Shown one piece after another: positions 9,802-18,039 of a stretch of 64,000 nucleotides of DNA (positions are counted from its first letter, which is position 1; each line of letters starts with the position of its first letter). The notes under the pieces were generated by a model. That model was not told the origin of the DNA and made no database searches. It saw only the letters and a program-made list of their open reading frames with translations. This stretch comes from a virus. Both the position numbers and the translations under genes were made by a program. The stretch is from positions 26,232 to 90,231 of IMG/VR virus record IMGVR_UViG_3300030390_001550. One strand, written 5' to 3'.

Positions 9802-10860
9802 ATGAAAAAACTTTTAGCAATCGTAGCAGCGGGAATGATGTTAGCAACAAGCGCATTCGCTGGGGATAAAGTAAAAGTAGGGTTTGTCTACGTTGGACCA
9901 ACTGGTGATCATGGGTGGACATATCGTCATGATATTGGTCGCCAAGGAGTGCAAGACCATTTCGGTGACAAAGTTGAAACTGTATATGTAGAAAGTGTTA
10001 AAGAAGGTCCAGACGCTGCAAGAGTTATTCGTGGTATGGTAATGGACGGTGCTGATATTATTTTTACAACATCTTTTGGATATATGGAACAAACGCTAAA
10101 AATGGCGAAAATGTTTCCTAATGTAAAATTTGAACACGCAACTGGATATAAGCAAGCAAAGAATATGTCTAGTTATGGGCTTAGATTATATCAAGCACGA
10201 CACGTACAAGGTATTATTGCTGGACTTATGACAAAAACAAATAAGATTTGTTATGTTGCAGCATATCCAATTCCAGAAGTTATTCGTGAAATTAATACCT
10301 ATTTTATGGGCGCACGTAGAATGAATCCAGACGTTGAAATGGATATTGTATGGGTAAATACTTGGTATGATCCCGGAAAAGAGTCGGATGCTGCTAAAGC
10401 CCTCATGTCCCAAGGTTGTGATATGATTGCACAACACACAGACTCTCCTGCGCCAATGCAAGCAGCAGAGGCACAAGGTAGACATGGCTTTGGTCAGGCA
10501 TCAGATCAAATTGTGTTCGCGCCAGATGCACAATTGACTGCAACTATTGATAACTGGACTCCTTATTATATTCGTAAAGTTGGAGCAGTTATTGATGGAA
10601 CTTGGGAGAGTGAGAACTATTTTGGTGGTATGAAAGAGGGTGGTGTGCAAATGGCCCCATTTACCAATATGCCAGATGCAGTTCGCGCCAAAGCACAAGA
10701 GGTAAAAGACCAAATTGAAAATGGCGAATACTTTGCTTTCACTGGGCCATTATATGATAATGAAGGAAATCTTCAACTCGCTGAAGGTGAGGTCGCAACT
10801 GATTTTCAGTTAAATTCAATGAATTATTATGTTGAAGGAATTAACGCGAAAGTACCTTAA
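9802..10860 (+). CDS. BMP-family ABC substrate-binding protein (purine nucleoside-binding type)
   Basis: Signal peptide (AFA), KVGFVYVGPTGDHGWTYRH, FTTSFGYM, EHATGY, WYDPGKE, QHTDS. Confidence 0.92.
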   Translation: MKKLLAIVAAGMMLATSAFAGDKVKVGFVYVGPTGDHGWTYRHDIGRQGVQDHFGDKVETVYVESVKEGPDAARVIRGMVMDGADIIFTTSFGYMEQTLKMAKMFPNVKFEHATGYKQAKNMSSYGLRLYQARHVQGIIAGLMTKTNKICYVAAYPIPEVIREINTYFMGARRMNPDVEMDIVWVNTWYDPGKESDAAKALMSQGCDMIAQHTDSPAPMQAAEAQGRHGFGQASDQIVFAPDAQLTATIDNWTPYYIRKVGAVIDGTWESENYFGGMKEGGVQMAPFTNMPDAVRAKAQEVKDQIENGEYFAFTGPLYDNEGNLQLAEGEVATDFQLNSMNYYVEGINAKVP

Positions 10861-10871
10861 ATAATTATTAA

Positions 10872-10894
10872 TGGAGACTCCAATGGAGTCTCCA
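10872..10894. terminator. perfect inverted repeat / probable terminator
   Basis: TGGAGACTCCA-A-TGGAGTCTCCA 11 nt after BMP stop; weak U tail. Confidence 0.6.
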
Positions 10895-10913
10895 ACTTTA
10901 GGATTGATTTAAT

Positions 10914-11495
10914 ATGAATAATACAACAAATGGCGGTTCACAACCAGCAATGATTCCACCAAAAATGCAATTAATTTCAAATGGAATGTATGTGTTTATG
11001 GGTGATGTGTCTATGGATACGATGAGTCCAATTATTGATTGGATATTATCAGAAAATATGAAAAGAAGTGATAGACAAAAAGAATTGACTTTAGGTATTT
11101 GCTCAAGAGGTGGTGATCTTAATGCTTGCTTTGCATTAGTTGATGTTTTGAGAGCATCAACAATTCCTGTTAAGACTGTAGGATTAGGTATGATTGCATC
11201 TTGTGGTTTGCTTTTATTTATATCTGGACAAAAAGGTAAAAGAATTTTAACACCAAATACTGCAATTTTATCTCATCAATATTCTTGGGGTAGTGTAGGT
11301 AAAGAACATGAATTGTTTGCCAGAGTGAAAGAGATGGAACTCACAACCGAGCGTATGATTAATCATTACAAAAAATGCACTGGGATGAATGAAAAAAAAG
11401 TAAGAGAGTTTCTTCTTCCACCAGAAGATGTTTGGTTAAGCGCAGAGGAAGCAAAAAGTTTAAAACTTTGTGATAAAATAGAAGATATACAATAA
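10914..11495 (+). CDS. clpP: ClpP-like serine protease
   Basis: ICSRGG, GLGMIASCG (Ser), KGKR, LSHQ (His), DVWLSAEEA (Asp). Confidence 0.85.
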   Translation: MNNTTNGGSQPAMIPPKMQLISNGMYVFMGDVSMDTMSPIIDWILSENMKRSDRQKELTLGICSRGGDLNACFALVDVLRASTIPVKTVGLGMIASCGLLLFISGQKGKRILTPNTAILSHQYSWGSVGKEHELFARVKEMELTTERMINHYKKCTGMNEKKVREFLLPPEDVWLSAEEAKSLKLCDKIEDIQ

Positions 11496-11523
11496 AAATA
11501 TTACTAAATACATCTAATGAGTT

Positions 11524-11550
11524 GAGGAAGCCTTGGCTTCCTCTTTTTTT
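11524..11550 (+). terminator. intrinsic terminator
   Basis: GAGGAAGC-CTTG-GCTTCCTC followed by T7. Confidence 0.85.
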
Positions 11551-11566
11551 AAAAGAAAGAGAGAAA

Positions 11567-12394
11567 ATGACACAACTGATAAATCCAAAGAAATTTACTA
11601 ACACTGTGGGGCTTTTACGCTCCTTTTTTTTGACCAGAGGGTTTCAAGAAGTACATACGCAAAATAGATTAAGCATTTTAGCAGCATGTGAAGACCCAGA
11701 AAATGTAGCAAGTTATAATTATGAAGGTGAGGTTTGGCCTTTACCGCAAACAGGTCAAATGTGGCTAGAACATGAATTATTATCTGATCCCTCTGCGAAG
11801 GGATTTTTTTGTGTCTCCACTTCATATAGACAAGAACCAAACGCAATTCCAGGTAGACACGATACGATTTTTCCTATGTTTGAATTTGAAATGGCAGGTG
11901 ATATTAATGATCTTAAAGTTATGGAAAGACAATTAGTAAGTCACTTAGGTTTTGACGATTGCACAGAGAAAACGTATGGAGAATGGCAGCAACATTATGG
12001 TGTTAGTGCAAATACCGAATTGGATGCCCAACATGAGTTGGCAATGCAAGCATCATTCGGTTCTTGTATGATTACAGATTTTCCAGAGATAACAAGTCCG
12101 TTTTGGAATATGTCTAGAAACGAGGATGGTACAAGTAGAAAAATTGATGTTATCCTTGGTGGTATGGAAACTATTGGTAGTGCAGAACGCAGTACCGACA
12201 AAGAACAAATGAGAAACACATTTAATACAATTTCTAATGGTGAATATGCTGGACTCATCAAGAGTTTATTTGGAGATGAAAGGGTTGAGGCAGAACTTGA
12301 AAAGTTTCTTGAGTTTGATTTCTTCCCAAGAGTTGGTGGTGGTATAGGGTTGACACGAATGATATCCGCTCTAGAAACTCAAAAGAGTAACTAA
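11567..12394 (+). CDS. class IIb aminoacyl-tRNA synthetase catalytic domain only (AsnRS/AS-AR-like), 275 aa
   Basis: Motif 1 LRSFFLTRGFQEVHTQ, LPQTGQMWLE, motif 2 SYRQE...RH...FPMFEFE, ETIGSAER, motif 3 GGGIGLTRM; no N-terminal OB domain. Confidence 0.85.
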   Translation: MTQLINPKKFTNTVGLLRSFFLTRGFQEVHTQNRLSILAACEDPENVASYNYEGEVWPLPQTGQMWLEHELLSDPSAKGFFCVSTSYRQEPNAIPGRHDTIFPMFEFEMAGDINDLKVMERQLVSHLGFDDCTEKTYGEWQQHYGVSANTELDAQHELAMQASFGSCMITDFPEITSPFWNMSRNEDGTSRKIDVILGGMETIGSAERSTDKEQMRNTFNTISNGEYAGLIKSLFGDERVEAELEKFLEFDFFPRVGGGIGLTRMISALETQKSN

Positions 12395-12403
12395 AGCGCA
12401 TAT

Positions 12404-12514
12404 TCTGGGGTGGTGGAATAGGTAGACACGCGATACTGTTTATATCGTGGATATATAGTTAAGTGTAAAAGACTATTTATATTCGTGAAGGTTCGAGTCC
12501 TTCCCCCAGAGCCA
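12404..12514 (+). tRNA. atypical tRNA-Asn(GTT) with 39-nt variable arm
   Basis: Acceptor TCTGGGG/CCCCAGA, G73, CCA; D-arm GTG-GAATAGGTAGA-CAC; anticodon arm CGATA-CTGTTTA-TATCG; T-arm GAAGG-TTCGAGT-CCTTC. Confidence 0.85.
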
Positions 12515-12528
12515 AAGGAAATAAAAAA

Positions 12529-13392
12529 ATGATACCAGTGATTGATTTAAATTCTTCATATGCAAATCAGCATATTGAGGATGCCTACACATCTGTGGGT
12601 TTTGCAGTTTTTACTAATAGTTTAACTCAAATTGAAAAGTCTGACATAATTAGTTGGTTTAGCGAAATGAAAGCATTTTTCAATTTACCTGATGAAATAA
12701 AGAAAAAATATCCATATGAAGGCGATACCAATCTAGGATATAGCATGGTGGGTGATGAAAATGTTGATCCAACAGCACCTAAAGACATTAAAGAATCTTT
12801 CAATTACAATAATACAAGAATGAGCGAATATCTTTGGCCCAAAGAACTTCCAGGATTTAAAGCAACAGCATTACAAAGTATTGATGTTGCAGACAAACTT
12901 ACGATTAGAATACTTAGTAGGTTTGATGAAATTCTAAAATGTGGCACTACTCTTGTGGACGCTCATATGAAACCATTTAACACTACAAGAGTTATTCATT
13001 ACCCAGCCCATGATGGTCCAGTAGAAGATAAGCAAATGAGAATAGGTGAACATAGTGACTATGGTACTATCACATTACTGTGGCAAATTAATGATGTTCC
13101 AGGATTGCAAGTTCAAGACTTAAAAGGAGAGTGGCATCCAGTGCCATATGATGTTGACGGTGTGGTTGTGAATATTGGCGATCTACTCCAGAGATGGACA
13201 AACGATTACTTTAAAAGCACTAAGCATAGAGTAGTTAATTCGCATATACATAAGACTAGATACAGTATGCCACATTTTGTTGATCCTACTCCAGGAACAA
13301 TGGTGAAAAATTTGAGAACCCATGAGGTTGACAAGTACTTACCTATTGAGAGTAAAGAATATTTGATGTGGAGACTAGCACAAAGTTATTGA
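12529..13392 (+). CDS. 2OG-Fe(II) oxygenase, isopenicillin N synthase family
   Basis: IPVIDL, HSDYGTITLL, GLQV, VNIGDLLQRWTN, HRV, RYS. Confidence 0.9.
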   Translation: MIPVIDLNSSYANQHIEDAYTSVGFAVFTNSLTQIEKSDIISWFSEMKAFFNLPDEIKKKYPYEGDTNLGYSMVGDENVDPTAPKDIKESFNYNNTRMSEYLWPKELPGFKATALQSIDVADKLTIRILSRFDEILKCGTTLVDAHMKPFNTTRVIHYPAHDGPVEDKQMRIGEHSDYGTITLLWQINDVPGLQVQDLKGEWHPVPYDVDGVVVNIGDLLQRWTNDYFKSTKHRVVNSHIHKTRYSMPHFVDPTPGTMVKNLRTHEVDKYLPIESKEYLMWRLAQSY

Positions 13393-13400
13393 GGTATATT

Positions 13401-14177
13401 ATGCATTCTTTAGTACTATTAGGATATGGGTTTGTTGGTAAGGCAGTACATGACGTACTGAAAGATCATCACAATATTATTATTGTAGACCCACAATATT
13501 CAAACGACACAGTAGAAGATCAAGTTGGAAAGGATGGTTACATAGTTTGCTTGCCCACCCCTCAAGGACAGTATGGTGAGTGTGATGTAAGTATTATTTT
13601 TGAAATGTTAAATAAAATTCCTGCTGTAGATGGTCAAGTTACAGAGGTTCTTATAAAATCTACTATATCAATAGAAGGTTGGAGAGAAATTGAAAAAGAT
13701 AATACGCATTTAAATATATGTTTTTCTCCAGAGTTTTTAACTGCTGCAAAAGCATCTGAAGATTTTAAAAATCAAGATAAAATGCTTTTCGGTGGTGGGA
13801 ATGAAGATTTCTGGATTAATGTTTTTGAACCTTGCAAAAAGTTTGATGCAGTCCGATCATCAATTCCTGAACTCATCATAACTAAATATGTTAGAAATTC
13901 TTTCCTAGCAACAAAAGTCGCGTTTTTTAATGAAGTTTATGATCTTTGTGCTTCTTTGAATATCCAATACGATGAAGTATCATATCTCGTAGGTATGGAT
14001 GAAAGGATTGGATATTCACATATAAGTGTTCCAGGTCCAGATGGTGATAGAGGTTTTGGCGGTGCTTGTTTTCCAAAAGACACACTTGCTTTGCAGCATT
14101 CAGCGGAAAGTAGGGATCAGCATCTTAATATTTTAAATGCTGCAATTGCATCAAATAGAAATAAGAGAAAACTATGA
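13401..14177 (+). CDS. ugd: UDP-glucose 6-dehydrogenase (short phage form)
   Basis: GYGFVG, CLPTP, IKST, FSPEFL, NSFLATKVAFFNE, GFGGACFPKD. Confidence 0.85.
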   Translation: MHSLVLLGYGFVGKAVHDVLKDHHNIIIVDPQYSNDTVEDQVGKDGYIVCLPTPQGQYGECDVSIIFEMLNKIPAVDGQVTEVLIKSTISIEGWREIEKDNTHLNICFSPEFLTAAKASEDFKNQDKMLFGGGNEDFWINVFEPCKKFDAVRSSIPELIITKYVRNSFLATKVAFFNEVYDLCASLNIQYDEVSYLVGMDERIGYSHISVPGPDGDRGFGGACFPKDTLALQHSAESRDQHLNILNAAIASNRNKRKL

Positions 14178-14857
14178 AATCATATGTAATAACAATTATG
14201 GATATGGAAAAATCTGTCAAGGCAGCGGAAAAGTGTATTCAATCTGCTGCTGAATATGGTGTGACGGTAGAGATGTTTCCTGCGATAACGCCAAAAGATG
14301 ATCCTTCAAGAATGATGGACGAGCGCAATATACCAACTTTTAGATTTAATGAAAAATGGTCTAGAACCGAAAGATGTATGGCAGCATTTTTATCTCATCA
14401 TAGTCTTTGGAAAAAATGTGAAGAAGAAAAAGATCAATCTTATTTAATTTTGGAGCATGATGCAGTTTTTGAAGGAAATATCCCAAATATAAGTATGCTT
14501 GAGATCAACACAGAGCCACTATTAGTATCTTTGGGGGAACCATCTTATGGTTCATATGAAACTCCAAATACTATTGGTTTAAATAAATTACAATCAAAAT
14601 CTTACCTTCCAGGCGCACATGCTTACATGATTAACTATAAGGCAGCACACCAACTTGTCGTTAGAGCAAAAAATGACCCTTGCCCAACTGATGTTTTTAT
14701 TGATAATAGAAGATTTTATTTTTTACATGAATGGAGTCCATTTCCTATTACTGTAAAGGATACTTTCACAACTATACAAAGAGAAATCGGATGTGCAAGT
14801 AAACACTCTTATAAAAAGACGATTGAAACAGGAAAGGGTAAATATGATATTATTTGA
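14174..14857 (+). CDS. glycosyltransferase family 25-like
   Basis: FLSHHSLW, ILEHDA, GAHAYMI, PTD. Confidence 0.8.
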   Translation: MKSYVITIMDMEKSVKAAEKCIQSAAEYGVTVEMFPAITPKDDPSRMMDERNIPTFRFNEKWSRTERCMAAFLSHHSLWKKCEEEKDQSYLILEHDAVFEGNIPNISMLEINTEPLLVSLGEPSYGSYETPNTIGLNKLQSKSYLPGAHAYMINYKAAHQLVVRAKNDPCPTDVFIDNRRFYFLHEWSPFPITVKDTFTTIQREIGCASKHSYKKTIETGKGKYDII

Positions 14858-15563
14858 TAAATGTTTCATCACTGGTTGTGATGAAAATACTGAATGGATG
14901 CTTCCTTGGTTTGTTGAAAATTATAAAACCCATAATGATATTCCTTTAGTTTTTGCAGACTTTGGTGTTAGTTTAGAATTAAAAAATATGTTATCACACT
15001 TAGGTTTTGATCATGTTATAGACATGCGAAACACAATTGCAGATTCTACGATTGGTAATCCAAAAAAATTAGTTAATTGGTTTAAAAAACCAAAAGCGAT
15101 GATAAATTGTTCTAAAATTTCAAATTATAGTTGCTGGATAGATAGTGACATAGAAGTTTTAGCAGATATATCAGATATTTTTAGTTATGTTGTTCCTAAC
15201 AAATTAGGAATGGTTCAAGACCACCCATGGTCAACAAGAATGAAGCAAACTTGGCATAATTCTGGAATTGTTGCATTCAAAGATTGTCCAGAAATTTTAA
15301 AGAAATGGTCGCAATATATTGAAAAAGGTGGTCATGGTCAGAGAGGCGATCAGGAAGTACTCCATGCATTGTTAACAGCCCCACTTAATAGAATGATACA
15401 TATTACTGATATTCCAAATGAATATAATTGGTTAAGATTACAATTTGAGAATGATAATCAAAAAAGTGACAATGCAAAGGCGATTCATTGGACAGGTAGA
15501 AAAGGAAAAGCGCGAATTATGAGTAAAATGGGAATGGAAATTATGGAAGATTCTAATGCCTAG
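14844..15563 (+). CDS. GT-A glycosyltransferase
   Basis: WFKKP, WIDSD, NSG, GDQEVL, YNWLR, HWTG. Confidence 0.75.
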   Translation: MILFDKCFITGCDENTEWMLPWFVENYKTHNDIPLVFADFGVSLELKNMLSHLGFDHVIDMRNTIADSTIGNPKKLVNWFKKPKAMINCSKISNYSCWIDSDIEVLADISDIFSYVVPNKLGMVQDHPWSTRMKQTWHNSGIVAFKDCPEILKKWSQYIEKGGHGQRGDQEVLHALLTAPLNRMIHITDIPNEYNWLRLQFENDNQKSDNAKAIHWTGRKGKARIMSKMGMEIMEDSNA

Positions 15564-16158
15564 TGTAGCACATATTATTGGTAACGGAAAAAGTGCTGGC
15601 TTATATAATCCATCAAAGGGTTTAAAGATCGTATGTAATCTTCCACCTATGGAAGTTAACAATGTATATACAACAGTGATGGTTGATTTTAAAATGATGA
15701 AAGCCATATCAACAGGAAGTGTTCAAGTTCTTGGGGATTGGGTATTAGGTGCTAGACCAAAGCATTGGATGGAAATGAGAAATGATTTCTATATCCATTA
15801 TTCAAAACAAATTAAAGAGTTTTATACAGTTCTACCTAAATATGCTTCAAACTATACAGATTTTAATTGTGGGCATATGGCAACACATTACACTGCAAAT
15901 AAATTAAAAAGAGAAGAGATTCATATGTATGGGTTTGATTCAATGTTTGGTTTTGATATTACAAGTCACTCAGATGTATATTTACCCTCTCCAAGAGATA
16001 ATTTAAACACTCAAAGATTGACAGAAAATTGGAGACCTATTTGGCATGGACTATTTAGAGAGTTTCCAAAAACTCAATTCGTTATTCATCAAGTGAAGGG
16101 TAAATCTTTAGTAAAATTACCTGATAATGTTGAAGTGGTTTATCCAAAGCGCAAATAG
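15556..16158 (+). CDS. sialyltransferase/MptE-like fold protein
   Basis: IIGNGKS, CN, D and IHMYGFD motifs. Confidence 0.5.
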   Translation: MPSVAHIIGNGKSAGLYNPSKGLKIVCNLPPMEVNNVYTTVMVDFKMMKAISTGSVQVLGDWVLGARPKHWMEMRNDFYIHYSKQIKEFYTVLPKYASNYTDFNCGHMATHYTANKLKREEIHMYGFDSMFGFDITSHSDVYLPSPRDNLNTQRLTENWRPIWHGLFREFPKTQFVIHQVKGKSLVKLPDNVEVVYPKRK

Positions 16159-16189
16159 TATACTACCCTCATCATAAAGGAGTCTCCTT

Positions 16190-16218
16190 ATTATACATAC
16201 GATTGGATGATTCGTCAA
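16190..16218 (-). promoter_or_regulatory. sigma70-type promoter, antisense to glycan operon
   Basis: Minus strand TTGACG-17 nt-TATAAT with TG just upstream of -10. Confidence 0.65.
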
Positions 16219-16232
16219 CCCTAAAAATATAC

Positions 16233-16261
16233 TTGACAGTAATTTAATTATATGATACTTT
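16233..16261 (+). promoter_or_regulatory. sigma70-type early promoter
   Basis: TTGACA-17-TACTTT with extended TG; leader contains AGAGAATCA. Confidence 0.65.
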
Positions 16262-16292
16262 AAGGTGTAATAAGAAAGCGTGAGAGAATCAT

Positions 16293-16700
16293 ATGATATT
16301 AGAAATCTTAAATAGACCTTCAAAAATCTCAGATGAGATGCTTGATTCTATTGTGAATCATGCAGATAGAGTTCTAGAATTAGAAGAATTAGAAGAACTT
16401 CAAATAGTATTCAAAGCAGAAAATAATGATACTTGTGGTTATTTTGATGGTATTGGTGATGAGGAAGAAGGTGTTGCTGTTATTGAAATCAATAGTAAGA
16501 AACCTATAGATGAAATCGTCAAAACAATATTCCACGAAATTGTTCATGTCCAGCAAGTGTTACATGGATTTTTCTGTGTTGATGAAAAAACTTGGCATGG
16601 TGATTATTTTGGTGATCTTGACTATGATGAAAAGCCTTGGGAGATAGATGCTTTCTCAAAAGAGCGTATGCTTTATAGTAGTTGGAAAACTTGTACCTAA
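16293..16700 (+). CDS. HEXXH zincin-like metallopeptidase
   Basis: TIFHEIVHVQQ and PWEIDA. Confidence 0.7.
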   Translation: MILEILNRPSKISDEMLDSIVNHADRVLELEELEELQIVFKAENNDTCGYFDGIGDEEEGVAVIEINSKKPIDEIVKTIFHEIVHVQQVLHGFFCVDEKTWHGDYFGDLDYDEKPWEIDAFSKERMLYSSWKTCT

Positions 16701-16831
16701 AGCCGTAAAAAACACTAAATATAGTATGAGATTAACTACAAGTGCGGTAATACATGCATCACGAAAAACCTGCCCCAGTTGATGATCCTTGTGACGATTG
16801 GAGCAAAGAGATTGATAGGTTGAGAAAATAC

Positions 16832-16860
16832 TTGACAATCTAAAAAAAATATGCGATAAT
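16832..16860 (+). promoter_or_regulatory. sigma70-type early promoter
   Basis: TTGACA-17-GATAAT. Confidence 0.55.
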
Positions 16861-16876
16861 AGAAAATCACTAAATA

Positions 16877-17083
16877 ATGGCAAGGGAAATCGCTATGAGT
16901 GAAAATGCATATTGGACTGTAAAGGCGTATAATTGGGATTCTCAAAACAAAAATTTTGTACTTTCTGAGTGGGGGTCTGGATTTACTCATAATAACGCAG
17001 ATAGTTACTATAAGAAAATGAGAGTGACTAACAAGTTTGCAAAGTTAACTATGGAAAAAATGCTTGTTGACACACCCTATTAA
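16877..17083 (+). CDS. hypothetical early protein
   Basis: ORF downstream of promoter. Confidence 0.55.
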   Translation: MAREIAMSENAYWTVKAYNWDSQNKNFVLSEWGSGFTHNNADSYYKKMRVTNKFAKLTMEKMLVDTPY

Positions 17084-17095
17084 GTATGCTATAAA
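17067..17095 (+). promoter_or_regulatory. sigma70-type early promoter
   Basis: TTGACA-17-TATAAA with TG; AGAGAATCATG leader. Confidence 0.6.
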
Positions 17096-17123
17096 ATATA
17101 TGTAATCAAAAAAAGAGAGAATC

Positions 17124-17420
17124 ATGATTGATATGAATACCCCACAACCTGCTACTAATGACTCTAACTGGCATTATTTTCGGTGTGAAGAAGATGCTAG
17201 GATCAATCCTATGACTGCCCAAGGTGAGCAATCTAATATGATGCAAGCCGACTTTGGAAAATGGGCCAAGGGTAACGGAACTTGGACAACAGTATCTTCT
17301 TATTACGAAAATGTACAGATGTGGTATGAAGATACTTCAAATGTAATGTGGATAGGTAATTATCGGTACGGTGAACCAGTATATCAAACTGAATATGATG
17401 GGATGGAAATCTATGGATGA
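17124..17420 (+). CDS. hypothetical early protein
   Basis: ORF after promoter and leader. Confidence 0.6.
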   Translation: MIDMNTPQPATNDSNWHYFRCEEDARINPMTAQGEQSNMMQADFGKWAKGNGTWTTVSSYYENVQMWYEDTSNVMWIGNYRYGEPVYQTEYDGMEIYG

Positions 17421-17589
17421 TAATGATTTTGCGACTAAGGAAGATATGTTAGAACTAGTTGGAGATACAGTTGCAAATCTCAATCATAGGATTGATGTAT
17501 TGAGTTCTGCTGTTGAAAGCATGATGAGGAATATGAAAGTAATACTTGATATTCACATCTCAAACCAAGATGATGGCGATTTAGAATGA
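17413..17589 (+). CDS. hypothetical protein
   Basis: Short helical ORF overlapping its neighbours. Confidence 0.5.
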   Translation: MDDNDFATKEDMLELVGDTVANLNHRIDVLSSAVESMMRNMKVILDIHISNQDDGDLE

Positions 17590-17840
17590 TACGCGCAAAA
17601 ACACCACAATCAGATATTATAATTGATCTTGATGGGCCAGATGGTAATGCTTTTCAACTACTTGCATATGCAAAAAAATTAGCGCACCATAAGGGTATGA
17701 GAGCATCACCTATTATGTCGGAAATGTGTTCTGGTACAGATTATTGGAAATTAGTTAAGATTTTTGATAAACATTTCGGTGATATGGTCGTTCTAGAAAG
17801 TAGTGATAGAAAACTTATGGAGTTTGTAAATGCGGATTAA
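17586..17840 (+). CDS. conserved phage hypothetical protein
   Basis: IDLDGPDGNAF motif recurrent in phage small proteins. Confidence 0.6.
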   Translation: MIRAKTPQSDIIIDLDGPDGNAFQLLAYAKKLAHHKGMRASPIMSEMCSGTDYWKLVKIFDKHFGDMVVLESSDRKLMEFVNAD

Positions 17841-18039
17841 TTCATATGGACGTACAGCCACGGTAATGTCAACAATGCAAAATTTGGCTATTAGAAAAAC
17901 GGCAAAGAGCAATTTTCGTAGTGTAATGGAATTGGAGCAAATGCCTATGGCAAAAGATAGTGCAAGTCATTCTAAAAATCATGAAATTGATTATCAAAAA
18001 CTTGTTGATGCCATTATCAAAAGTGGTGATTTAAAATAA
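17830..18039 (+). CDS. hypothetical protein
   Basis: ORF with GGAG RBS. Confidence 0.5.
   Translation: MRINSYGRTATVMSTMQNLAIRKTAKSNFRSVMELEQMPMAKDSASHSKNHEIDYQKLVDAIIKSGDLK

Noticed and set aside
11522-11566. Longer N-terminus for the AsnRS-like ORF (track start 11522)
   Set aside because: This start lies in the terminator hairpin and adds only 15 aa, not an anticodon-binding domain
12448-12486. Intron in tRNA-Asn
   Set aside because: Insert is in the variable-arm position, forms a simple hairpin, is far too short for group I and shows no bulge-helix-bulge; the D-arm is already type II
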